A stretch of 64,000 nucleotides of DNA from assembly GCA_963792585.1 (NCBI GenBank), contig CAWBWI010000001.1, forward strand, positions 1,632,001 to 1,696,000, in the 5' to 3' direction. Position 1 is the stretch's first letter. Every line of letters starts with the position of its first letter. Source of the stretch: Candidatus Eiseniibacteriota bacterium. GTDB lineage: Bacteria > Eisenbacteria > RBG-16-71-46 > CAIMUX01 > VGJL01. The position numbers and the translations under genes were made by a program. The notes under the pieces were generated by a model that was given only the letters and a program-made list of their open reading frames with translations, was not told where the DNA came from and made no database searches. Shown here piece after piece: positions 24,588-33,203 of this stretch.

Positions 24588-25080
24588 TCTGGCGCCCCCT
24601 CGAGTTGCGGCCCTGTCGAGCGACGGTCGGAGATGGCGCGATCATTATAGCCCATGCGTCGCCCAACGACGACTGTCCCGACGAGGGTGCGGATCCACAA
24701 GGCGCATTACCGGATTCCTGGAGATGGTGGGGCTTGCGTGCGCCGGTTCCGGCTGGTGGTGGCCGCCGAGCTGTGGATCCGGCGCTTTTCCGGTTGGCGC
24801 TCGCGTGGTGCCGAGAGACGCGAGCGCGGCCATCCCTGCTCGGCACCTCCACACTCGTGATCTTCTTCACCAGAAGTCGTCCGCTCGGCCCTCGTCAACG
24901 CGGGGTGATCGAGAGGCCGGTATGAAACGCGGTCCCGATGATCACCCTCCGGACAATCCCGTGGACCTCCCCCCCAAGGATTCGCTATTCTCTTCGGTTT
25001 AGTTTCGCGCCGCATCGTGATCCGTCCGTTCCGCCATCCCGTCGGAGTCAACGAGGCCGCTCGTCGTCCGGAGGTGAACC

Positions 25081-25641
25081 ATGATCCGCACTATCGCCGC
25101 TGCGCTCGTTCTCGCGCTCGTCGTGCCCGTCTCATCGCACGCCTTCATCCTGACCAAGGCGACCGTCTCCGGCGGCGCCGTCGCCACTGCGGGGACGAGC
25201 TACCGGCTTGGCGCCACCGTCGGCGAGGCGGGCGTGGTGGGTGTGACCGCCGGGGGAGGCTTCCGCCTCATCGAAGGATTCTGGAGGCCCGGCCTCGCTG
25301 TCCCGAGTGCCGTGGGTGATCCCATCGACGGACCGGCGCCCACGGAGCCGGGGCTTGCCATCCAGCGGAACGAGCACGGCGGCAACTTCCCCAATCCGTT
25401 CTGCGCGTCGACGACGTTTCGGTTCAGCGTTGCCCGTCCGTCGCCAGTCGCGATGACAGTCTACAGCGCCGCGGGACGTCGCGTGAGGACCCTGCTCAGG
25501 TCCGATCTGCCGGCGGGCCGCCACGAGATCGATTGGGACGGTCGGGATGATCTCGGTCGCGACCTCGGCGCAGGGGTCTACTTCGGCCGTCTCGAGATCG
25601 GCGCCTGGTCTGCCTCCCGAGCCATCCTGCACATTCGATAG
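25081..25641 (+). CDS. Small secreted protein with FlgD-Ig C-terminal domain
   Basis: GGAGG SD, signal peptide, GG....SYRL..TVGE...GFW motif, NFPNPF...WDGRDD.G....GVYF. Confidence 0.85.
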   Translation: MIRTIAAALVLALVVPVSSHAFILTKATVSGGAVATAGTSYRLGATVGEAGVVGVTAGGGFRLIEGFWRPGLAVPSAVGDPIDGPAPTEPGLAIQRNEHGGNFPNPFCASTTFRFSVARPSPVAMTVYSAAGRRVRTLLRSDLPAGRHEIDWDGRDDLGRDLGAGVYFGRLEIGAWSASRAILHIR

Positions 25642-25666
25642 CGCGACTTGAAAGGAGCACTACGCG

Positions 25667-26986
25667 ATGCACAAGCTGACAATCCTGGTAATATGCGGCA
25701 TCCTGGCTCTCATCGGGGCCACGCAGGCGGTCCACGCCGCCATCCCCTCCACGATCGCCTTTCAGGGATACCTGACGGATCCAGGCGGCGCGCCTGTGAA
25801 CGGCACCGTGAGCCTCGGCTGCGCGATCTACTCCCAGCCCGCCGGGGGCTCGAGCATGTGGAGCGAGACGCACCCGTCGGTCTCCGTCGCCAACGGAGTC
25901 TTCGCGGTGGCGCTGGGAGCGGTCACCCCGTTCCCGGCGGGTCTGTTCGATGAAGCGTCGCGCTACCTGGGGATCCGCGTCAACGGCGAGGCGGAGATGC
26001 CACGCACGGAACTGCGCTCGGCGCCGTTCGCGTTCGGAGCCGAGACCGCGGCCACGGCGCAGGTCCTCACGGGGAGCATCGACATAAAGCTCGGCGCCGA
26101 ACCCGCACTCGCGACGTCCACCACCGCGGGCGGTCTGTTGCTGGAATTCCGGGACGTGGTTGGTGGATATCCGAGCGTCATCGCGGGGACATCGACTCCT
26201 GGAAATGGCCTCCTGCGGCTGTACGAGACCACGGATACGGGATTCGGCACACTGAAGGTGGAGCTCGATGCCGGCCAGGACGGAGACGCTTCGGTCCGAG
26301 TTCCCCTTGATGCCATCTCCGCACTGGAAATGCTCAACGAGCCCGGGATCGCCTGCAACAACAACACGGGCACGATGGAATTGACGGGTCCGATCCAGGT
26401 GCTGGTGAGTCGAACGATCACTCCACCGGGGAATGGCTACATCCTGGCCATTGGCCAGATCTCCACACGCATCACCCATACGGTCGGCACCGGGACGAGC
26501 TGTGTCGTCGGTCTGTCCGATGACGGCACGTCCTACGCATACGCCCAGGACATGAACATCCAGATCTCGAGCCAGGCGCCCAGCGGCCAGTACTCCATTC
26601 CCGTCGGTCTGAACTCCGTCTTCGCCGCGGTGATCGATCAGCCATTGACCGTCTCCATCATCGCGGAGGAGATCTCAGGCTACGTGCTCCTGGAGGACTT
26701 CTCCCTGACGCTCCTCTACGTGCCGACGGCCTACGGCTCCGTGGACCTGGCCCTCGCCAGAGGGGACGGCGTCGATCAGGACGGCAGCGGCACGCTCGAG
26801 GCTCCGTTGACACAGAGCGAGATCGACGCGGAGCGCGCGGAGTCCCAACGCTGGAACGCCGAGCGGATCCAGCGCGAGATCACCGAAATGCGGGATGAGA
26901 TCGCCGAGATGCAGCGGAGGATGGAGGAGGAGCGGAGGGCCGCGGGGAGTTCTACCGCGACGCCGGCTGTGTCGGGTGGACGGTGA
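25667..26986 (+). CDS. Secreted fibre-like protein with C-terminal coiled coil
   Basis: Signal peptide, FQGYLTD..G.P..G...W.E.H..V..G.F...LG...MPR..L.SAPFA domain typical of fibre-like proteins. Confidence 0.7.
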   Translation: MHKLTILVICGILALIGATQAVHAAIPSTIAFQGYLTDPGGAPVNGTVSLGCAIYSQPAGGSSMWSETHPSVSVANGVFAVALGAVTPFPAGLFDEASRYLGIRVNGEAEMPRTELRSAPFAFGAETAATAQVLTGSIDIKLGAEPALATSTTAGGLLLEFRDVVGGYPSVIAGTSTPGNGLLRLYETTDTGFGTLKVELDAGQDGDASVRVPLDAISALEMLNEPGIACNNNTGTMELTGPIQVLVSRTITPPGNGYILAIGQISTRITHTVGTGTSCVVGLSDDGTSYAYAQDMNIQISSQAPSGQYSIPVGLNSVFAAVIDQPLTVSIIAEEISGYVLLEDFSLTLLYVPTAYGSVDLALARGDGVDQDGSGTLEAPLTQSEIDAERAESQRWNAERIQREITEMRDEIAEMQRRMEEERRAAGSSTATPAVSGGR

Positions 26987-27019
26987 TGGGGCGTTGGAGG
27001 TCAGATACCGCTCTCTGCC

Positions 27020-27184
27020 GACATGTCTGCCGAGCGGCCGGATCGATCCGTCGAAGTAATGGGGCTCGAGCCATTGCCGGTCGGCATCGCCGACCAGGAT
27101 CAGCGATGAGATAGGGTTCACGCCGTCGGAACCCATGAAGCCGCCAGGACCACCGATCAGATAGAAGCGTGAGTAACCTGACGT
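27020..27184 (-). pseudogene. Truncated remnant of a hypothetical gene (ACG in place of ATG)
   Basis: AAGGAGG SD then ACG-SGYSRFYLIGGPGGFMGSDGVNPI..ILVGDADRQWLEPHYFD; the frame runs into the antisense of the neighbour; 3' boundary approximate. Confidence 0.5.
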
Positions 27185-27196
27185 GCGTGTCCCTCC

Positions 27197-27610
27197 TTAT
27201 CTCTGGTCCTCGTTGTCCTCGCCATCACAGCCCGCGCCTGCTTCCCCCTCCTCACTCATCCCCGGCGCGAAGTCGATCCCGAAGTACGCCGTCATGGCCG
27301 TGGGGCCGCAGGCCATCCCCTCCCAGGTCACGCCGAGGCAGAGCATCGTCGGCGACTCGATCCGCTGGGTCAGCGGGTGCACGGGATGCTCGTCCCCCTC
27401 CTCGCACTCCGCGACGGCCTCGTCCGCGAGTCTCGCGAGGCGGGGTGCGAGATTCTCGAACTCTCAGACCTCGTCGATGTAGATGAAGGCCTCGTGCCGG
27501 CAGAGTTCGCCGAGCCCCTCCCCGCACACTCTCCTGCCGCATGCGGGGCAGTAGAGGTTCATGAACTCCTCCTCCTCTTCGAGTCGGATGTCGACGATCG
27601 GGACCGGCAT
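27197..27610 (-). pseudogene. Small acidic Cys-rich protein interrupted by in-frame TGA (27464-27466)
   Basis: AAGGAGGAG SD, MPVPIVD...CPACG...CRH..FIYIDEV*EFEN...GMACGP; two ORF-track pieces share one frame. Confidence 0.7.
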
Positions 27611-27665
27611 CGCGTGCTCCTCCTTCGGTTCGTACCTGGCTCGAGAGCGCACCGCCCTCAGACCA

Positions 27666-27700
27666 AGGTTAGGTAGGGGGTGTGACAGGTGTTGTCGCAC
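27666..27700 (-). promoter_or_regulatory. Palindromic operator plus promoter (WYL-activator-like)
   Basis: GTGCGACA-N5-TGTCACAC; TGTCAC-N10-TAACCT. Confidence 0.55.
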
Positions 27701-27861
27701 CTTCAGGCCGATCCGAGGAAACCCCAGAGGGCGGGCACCTGTGGTTGCCAACGGGCGATCGCGCCAGGGCGAGCAGATGCCGAGCCGAAGGGGCCATCTG
27801 GTATGATCGCTGCCGGTCGACGGGGTCATCGAGCATCTGGCAGAGCTGAAAGGAGGTCGCC

Positions 27862-30837
27862 ATGCCGCAGATCCGATCCGGCCGCCGCACCTTCGCGCCT
27901 CTGCTCTTCCTCACCACGCTCCTCCTCACGACGCCGGCCGAGGCGCGGACCGCCCCGCCCACGGCAACCTCCGCAGCCTCCCCAACGGATCCACGCTTCG
28001 ACGCCGCCCTCGCGCGCGCCGATTCGCTCCTCCGCGCTCGCAGCGCCGATGCCGCCTCGGCCATCCTCGACTCGCTCATCGAGCGCGCCGGCACAACTGA
28101 CAACGACGAAGCGGCACTGCGCGTCCACCTCGCCCGGGCACGCCTGAACGGACTCGTGGGCCGTCCGCGGCTGGGTCGAGAGAGCGCATCGGCCGCGCTG
28201 GAGCTGGCGAGCGCGCGGCACGATACGGCCTTCGTCTGCCAGGCGCTCCGCTGGCTCGCCGTCGCCGCGCAGCAGGAAGGGTCGATGCTGGAAGCTAGAA
28301 CCCATGCCGCGAGGCTCCTCGATCTCGCGAGAGGCAGGGGCGATCGATTCCACCAGGGTCAGGGCTTCCTCCTGATGGCCTATTCCGATCGGGTCACCGG
28401 CGAGCGGGATGCGGCGGAGGGCGAGTACCTGGAGGCGGTCCGCATCTTTGTCGAGCTCGACCAGCCGGTCTTCGAGCTCATGGCGCACCAGGGCCTCGCC
28501 CAGATCTACCTCGGCCACGGCGACATCGACGGCGCGCGGCGCTCCGATCTTCGCGTCCTGGAGGGAAGCCGCCGGATCGGCGACCCGTACGGCGAGGCGC
28601 GGGCGCTGAACGACCTCGGCGTGCTCGAGTTCACCTACGGCGATCCATCCACGGCCGCGGGCTACTACACGAGCGCCTTCGAGCTCCAGGTGCGGATGGG
28701 CGATGTGCCCGGCAGCGTGACGAGTGCGAAGAATCTGGCGGTCCTCCACACTTACATGGGCGAGTTCGACGAGGCGATGCGCGTGCTGGAGGACGCTCTT
28801 GCCCGTTGCGAAGCAGCCGGTCTTCGGAGCCAGGAGGCCGCGGTTCTGGAGCAGATGGCGATCGTCCGCCGGGAGGAAGGTATCCATGCCAAGGCGGTTG
28901 AGCTGTTCCGACGGGCCACGGAACGGACGCCTGGCGACACGCCCGATCCGCTCGCCGGGATCCTCACAGGGCTTGCCCGGACGCTGAGCATGCGGGACAG
29001 CACGGAGGCGGGGATCGCGCTCATGCTCGACCGGATCGAGCCGATGCGGGATCGGCTCTCGCCCCTGACCGCGTACAACGCCGAGCGCACACTCGGGGAT
29101 CTCATGCTCCTGGAGGATCGCTTTGCGGAAGCCCTCGAGAGGCTCGAACGAGCGGAGAGCATCGCCCGGCCCCGCGGCTTCGGCTTCCTGGTCGGGGTTC
29201 TTGCCCTTCAAGCGCGCTGCCACTCCCGTCTGAACCATCCCGACAGCGCGCGCGCATGCCTTGACCGCGCCGTCGCGTCGTGGGAGTCGGAGCGCGGTCG
29301 GATGCGGGATCCGATCTGGCGCGAGCAGCTCGAACTGGACGGCCGTCTGCTCTTCACGGAGATCTTGAGGCGGACGCTCGCGGACACGGTGCTGGGATCG
29401 GAGCAGGAGCGAGCCGGGCGCGCGTTCGAGTCGCTCCAGCGGTTCAAGACTCGGACGCTGGTCGAGCGGATGTTGGGTGCCTCCTCGGCCGGAATGGATT
29501 CGGCGGACTCCGCCGATTCGGCGGTGCCGGCGGGTCCGGACGCGAGAGCATTCGAGCGACTCCGCGGCGGCGTGCAGTTGGATGATCTTCAGGATCGCTG
29601 GCTCGGCGAGGACGAGATCCTGCTCGACTTCTTCCAGACGTCCGACGGCGTCTATCTATTCGGAGTGACCCGGTCGGATTGCAGGGTCACCTGGATTCCG
29701 TTCGACAGGGACACGCTAGCAACCGTCCTCCGGCGCTACAGGCAGCTCGCGTCGACGAAGCCGGGAGATACATCGACCGGGGCGGGAGATGCGCCCCAGG
29801 CGGGTCGCGCGCTGCTCGAGGCCGCGGGAGCCCGCTTGTCGAACTCGTTCCTGTCGGAAACGGCCGATCTCTTAGCGACGCACGAGCGGATCCTGCTCGC
29901 ACCGGATGGAGCGTTCCAACTCGTTCCGATCGAGCTCTGGCCGGCACCGTCGGCCGCCGGCGGATCACCCGGGCTGCCCGCACTGCCCGGGTCCCCCGGG
30001 TCGCCTGCAGCAACGACCGCCCCCCCGCTGATCGATCACTGGAAGATCTCCCGGGTTCCCTCCGCCGCGGTGCTCGAGGATTGCCGATCGCGGAGCGCGA
30101 GTGTGCCCGCGCTCGATCGTCCGGCCGTGATCCTGGCCGTGACCGGCAAGGCGCGACCCGGGCGCGCGGATCTGTCGTGGGCGTCGAAGGAGACGGCCTG
30201 GCTCGTGCGCTCGTTCCGTGGGGCGCGGGCGCGATCAATCTCGGGCAGCGAATATTCCCCGGCCTGGACCCCGGAGCTCGATCGCTGCGACGTCCTTCAT
30301 CTGGCCGCGCATGTCACGGTTGATGACGCCCACCCCTGGCGCTCCGGCCTCCCCGGCCTGCGGGCCCAGGAGATCGCAAAGCGGAGGCTCTCGGCACGGC
30401 TGGCGGTCCTGGCCGGATGCGAGTCGGCGGGAGGACGCGTCGTCTCCGGTGAAGGGGTGCTCGGATTGACATCCGCGCTGGAGGTGGCGGGACTGCCCAC
30501 GGTCGTGGCCACACTCTGGCCCGTCAGCGATCGGGTCACGTGGACCTTGACCCGGTCCTTCTACTCCGCGCTTGCCGCGGGACGCTCGGCCGGAGATGCT
30601 CTTCGGCTGGCCCAGAACACGGTTCGCGCCGATCCCCGAACGAGCCACCCCTTCTACTGGGCCGGGTTCGTCCTGATCGGCGAGGCGGAGACCCGGATCC
30701 CGTTGCAACACAAGGGCCCGCGCCCGGCTCTCCTTGCGAGCATCGCGGCGCTTGCCGCCGCCCTGGCGGTCGCGGGCTATCTCGGGCACCGATATCGCAG
30801 CCGGCGCTGTGATTCCGGCGCGGGAGGTGACTCCTAG
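27862..30837 (+). CDS. Exported TPR-CHAT (caspase-like) protease with C-terminal TM anchor
   Basis: Signal peptide, TPRs (ARALNDLG, AKNLA), DVLHLAAH and LAGCES dyad, ATLWPVSD, HPFYWAGFVLIG, TM + basic tail. Confidence 0.93.
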   Translation: MPQIRSGRRTFAPLLFLTTLLLTTPAEARTAPPTATSAASPTDPRFDAALARADSLLRARSADAASAILDSLIERAGTTDNDEAALRVHLARARLNGLVGRPRLGRESASAALELASARHDTAFVCQALRWLAVAAQQEGSMLEARTHAARLLDLARGRGDRFHQGQGFLLMAYSDRVTGERDAAEGEYLEAVRIFVELDQPVFELMAHQGLAQIYLGHGDIDGARRSDLRVLEGSRRIGDPYGEARALNDLGVLEFTYGDPSTAAGYYTSAFELQVRMGDVPGSVTSAKNLAVLHTYMGEFDEAMRVLEDALARCEAAGLRSQEAAVLEQMAIVRREEGIHAKAVELFRRATERTPGDTPDPLAGILTGLARTLSMRDSTEAGIALMLDRIEPMRDRLSPLTAYNAERTLGDLMLLEDRFAEALERLERAESIARPRGFGFLVGVLALQARCHSRLNHPDSARACLDRAVASWESERGRMRDPIWREQLELDGRLLFTEILRRTLADTVLGSEQERAGRAFESLQRFKTRTLVERMLGASSAGMDSADSADSAVPAGPDARAFERLRGGVQLDDLQDRWLGEDEILLDFFQTSDGVYLFGVTRSDCRVTWIPFDRDTLATVLRRYRQLASTKPGDTSTGAGDAPQAGRALLEAAGARLSNSFLSETADLLATHERILLAPDGAFQLVPIELWPAPSAAGGSPGLPALPGSPGSPAATTAPPLIDHWKISRVPSAAVLEDCRSRSASVPALDRPAVILAVTGKARPGRADLSWASKETAWLVRSFRGARARSISGSEYSPAWTPELDRCDVLHLAAHVTVDDAHPWRSGLPGLRAQEIAKRRLSARLAVLAGCESAGGRVVSGEGVLGLTSALEVAGLPTVVATLWPVSDRVTWTLTRSFYSALAAGRSAGDALRLAQNTVRADPRTSHPFYWAGFVLIGEAETRIPLQHKGPRPALLASIAALAAALAVAGYLGHRYRSRRCDSGAGGDS
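30808..30833 (+). promoter_or_regulatory. Putative ECF autoregulatory promoter
   Basis: TGTGATTCC-N11-TGACTC, 7 nt before the sigma ATG; second copy at 32205. Confidence 0.65.
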
Positions 30838-30840
30838 AAG

Positions 30841-31443
30841 ATGAGAGGCAGTTGGCGGGAGGATGCGACGGACGAGGAGCTCGTCCGCGCGGTTCAGCAG
30901 GATGCGGCCGGTGAGGACGGTCGTGGCGCCGCCGAGGCTCTCTTCGATCGATACTGGAGACGCGTCTACCTGTGGTGCCATCGGCGGGTCGGGAATCACG
31001 ACACCGCCTGCGATCTGGCGCAGGATGTGCTCCTGAGCGCATACCAGAACATCAGGTCGTTCGAGGGGCGCTGCCTGTACAGCTCGTGGCTCTTCACGAT
31101 CATGCGCAACCGGTGCTTCCGGGCGCTGCGACGGCCGAGCCTCGTCCGGGACGAGGATGCGGAGATGGATCGCCTGGCCGACGGGCGCCTTCCGATCGAC
31201 GATGCGATCGCGGAGAAGGAGGACGAGGAATCCCTCCTGCGCCTGGTGCAGGAGTGCCTGGATCCGATCGAACAGGAGGCGCTGTGGCTCCGGGTCGTCG
31301 AACGGATCCCGGTGGACGAGATCACGGTGCGCCTGAAGCTCACCGCGGCATCCGGCGCTCGTGGTGTGCTGCAGAGCGGCCGACGCAAGCTGCGGGCCGC
31401 GATGGCGAAACGGGAGGACCGGCCGGAAGGGGATCGCCCATGA
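30841..31443 (+). CDS. ECF RNA polymerase sigma factor
   Basis: TDEELV, DLAQDVLL, FEGR..YSSWLFTIMRN, region-4 DEI. Confidence 0.92.
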   Translation: MRGSWREDATDEELVRAVQQDAAGEDGRGAAEALFDRYWRRVYLWCHRRVGNHDTACDLAQDVLLSAYQNIRSFEGRCLYSSWLFTIMRNRCFRALRRPSLVRDEDAEMDRLADGRLPIDDAIAEKEDEESLLRLVQECLDPIEQEALWLRVVERIPVDEITVRLKLTAASGARGVLQSGRRKLRAAMAKREDRPEGDRP

Positions 31444-32180
31444 CGAGTTCGTGCATACCGTCGGAAGAGATCGGACGGGTCGCGGGGCTTCCCCTCGATT
31501 CCCCGGAGCGCGTGCACGCCGCGAACTGCCCGCGTTGCCGCGCGAGCCTGGCCACCTATCTGGAGTTCATGGGGGACGGCACCGTACCCGCGGGGGCGAT
31601 GCCGGGCGCGGCGGAGGCAATGCTCCGCGCCGCGTTTCGCGAAGCTGCCGCGGCCGGCGCGGGCGTGCCGGCACCACCATCTCCCGCACCCGTGCCGGCT
31701 CCCCAGGCGACGCCGGCGCGTTCCCGCGCCGCGGACTCGGGCTTCCTCGCGACTCTGCGCGCGATCCTGCGCCCGGCAGTCCTGGTCCCCGCGGTCGTGG
31801 GGATCGTGGCGATCGGCATCTACGCCGGCTACGACCGGTACCGGATGACCCACGCGCCCGATGCGCTCCGCGGGGCCGAATCGACGGGCAAGGCCGGCGC
31901 CGCCGCGATCGAGGTCGAATCCGCCCATGCCGTCGAGAGCGGGATCGAAATGCGCTGGCGGGCCGTCCCCGGCGCCACATCCTACGGGGTGACGATCCTG
32001 GGCGATGGTCTCGGGGACCTCGCGCGCGTCGCCACTCAGGGCGAGACGGTCCGTCTGGTCCGCTGGGAGGAGATGAAGTCCCGACCGCGTCCCGGCGCGA
32101 CCATCGGCTGGCAGGTGAGCGCCTTCCGGGACGGAGCCGCGATCGCGCGGTCGAGGATCGGAGCAATCGAGATCCCCTGA
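31440..32180 (+). CDS. Membrane anti-sigma factor (ZAS-type)
   Basis: ATGA-coupled to the sigma; HAANCPRC zinc motif, single TM, Fn3-like external domain (W.AVPGA.SY.V). Confidence 0.82.
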   Translation: MTSSCIPSEEIGRVAGLPLDSPERVHAANCPRCRASLATYLEFMGDGTVPAGAMPGAAEAMLRAAFREAAAAGAGVPAPPSPAPVPAPQATPARSRAADSGFLATLRAILRPAVLVPAVVGIVAIGIYAGYDRYRMTHAPDALRGAESTGKAGAAAIEVESAHAVESGIEMRWRAVPGATSYGVTILGDGLGDLARVATQGETVRLVRWEEMKSRPRPGATIGWQVSAFRDGAAIARSRIGAIEIP

Positions 32181-32204
32181 GCCTCGATTTTCTTGCGCCC
32201 CTCT

Positions 32205-32231
32205 TGTGATTCCCTCACCCCCTCCTGACTC
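32205..32231 (+). promoter_or_regulatory. Putative ECF target promoter
   Basis: TGTGATTCC-N12-TGACTC upstream of the DUF6345-like operon. Confidence 0.65.
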
Positions 32232-32305
32232 GAAGAATGCAGACACCATCCGACCGGAGCAGCGCGGACGCAGCCCGGATCGGTCGTGCCTCAAGGAGGC
32301 TCCCG

Positions 32306-33203
32306 ATGCACAGAGGAATTCAGAGGAATTTCCAGGGCGTTCGTGGCGCTTGCCGCTCTGGTGGCCGCGCTCGCGTCGGCCCCGCCGGGCCGGGCCGCGG
32401 ACGACGGCAACAACCGAGAAGTCATGGCATACGTCATCGCCCACTGGGACGGCGACTGCGACGCCGACGAGCGCAGGAACTGGGACAACATGGTGCGCGC
32501 CTGGTACAACGACATCCGCAACGAGGAGCCCGCGCCCGATGGGCACGGGCCCGCATCTTACAACGTCGCCTTCCTCGACGATGACGGCTACATCAACGAC
32601 AGCGACTTCGTGGATCCATCGATCCGCGCCTGGGGAAACGATCAGAACAACGCCGATCTTCCCGACGCCTTCATGCTCGGCTTCCACGGCGGGAATAACG
32701 ATGCGGACCACCGCTGGTATGGCGTCGTGAAGTTCAACGAGAACGGCGACGGGAACTGCTACACCTATCAAGGTCACATGAAGTTCGGCGACGAGGACCT
32801 CGAGTTCCTGCACATGTCCTCCTGCTTCAGCATGGATCGCGAGGACTGGTGGAACGAGTGGAACAGCTCGTTCGATGGGCTTCACCAGGCCGAAGGTTTC
32901 CACGGCCTGATGTACATCGATGAGGACTACGTCTCCGACTATCGCCACTTCTCGGACGATTCGTTCTGGATCTCGATCGCCGATTCCTGGCTCGACAATC
33001 TCTACGACACCTCGCACTCGAACGATCAGTGCCCCGTCGCGCGCGTGGTAGGCACCAGCCACGACGACTGCGCGGACCGACTCGACATGGAACGCTATAA
33101 TGTTGTCTTCGCGGATCCGCCGGGCATCGGAGAGGCTCGATGGCACAGGGCCCGCTACGTCCGAGGCTGCACCCCAGGAGGAAAGGAGGCGCTCCCGCAA
33201 TGA
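32306..33203 (+). CDS. Secreted DUF6345-like (clan CD His-Cys) protein, frameshifted by a 10-bp duplication after the start
   Basis: AAGGAGG SD + ATG 32306; FHGG and LHMSSC motifs, GFHG; removing one CAGAGGAATT restores MHRGISRAFVALAAL signal peptide. Confidence 0.72.
32311..32330 (+). repeat. Perfect 10-bp tandem duplication
   Basis: CAGAGGAATT x2. Confidence 0.95.

Noticed and set aside
27464..27466. Second selenocysteine codon
   Set aside because: Context YIDEV*EFE is not a redox motif and fits a GGA-to-TGA change; the neighbouring gene is also decayed; downstream hairpins are unremarkable at this GC content
30996..33200. Long antisense ORFs (also 36673-38835, 49175-51292, 58247-60130 and many Arg/Pro-rich ones)
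   Set aside because: Shadow frames of real genes in high-GC DNA; no motifs
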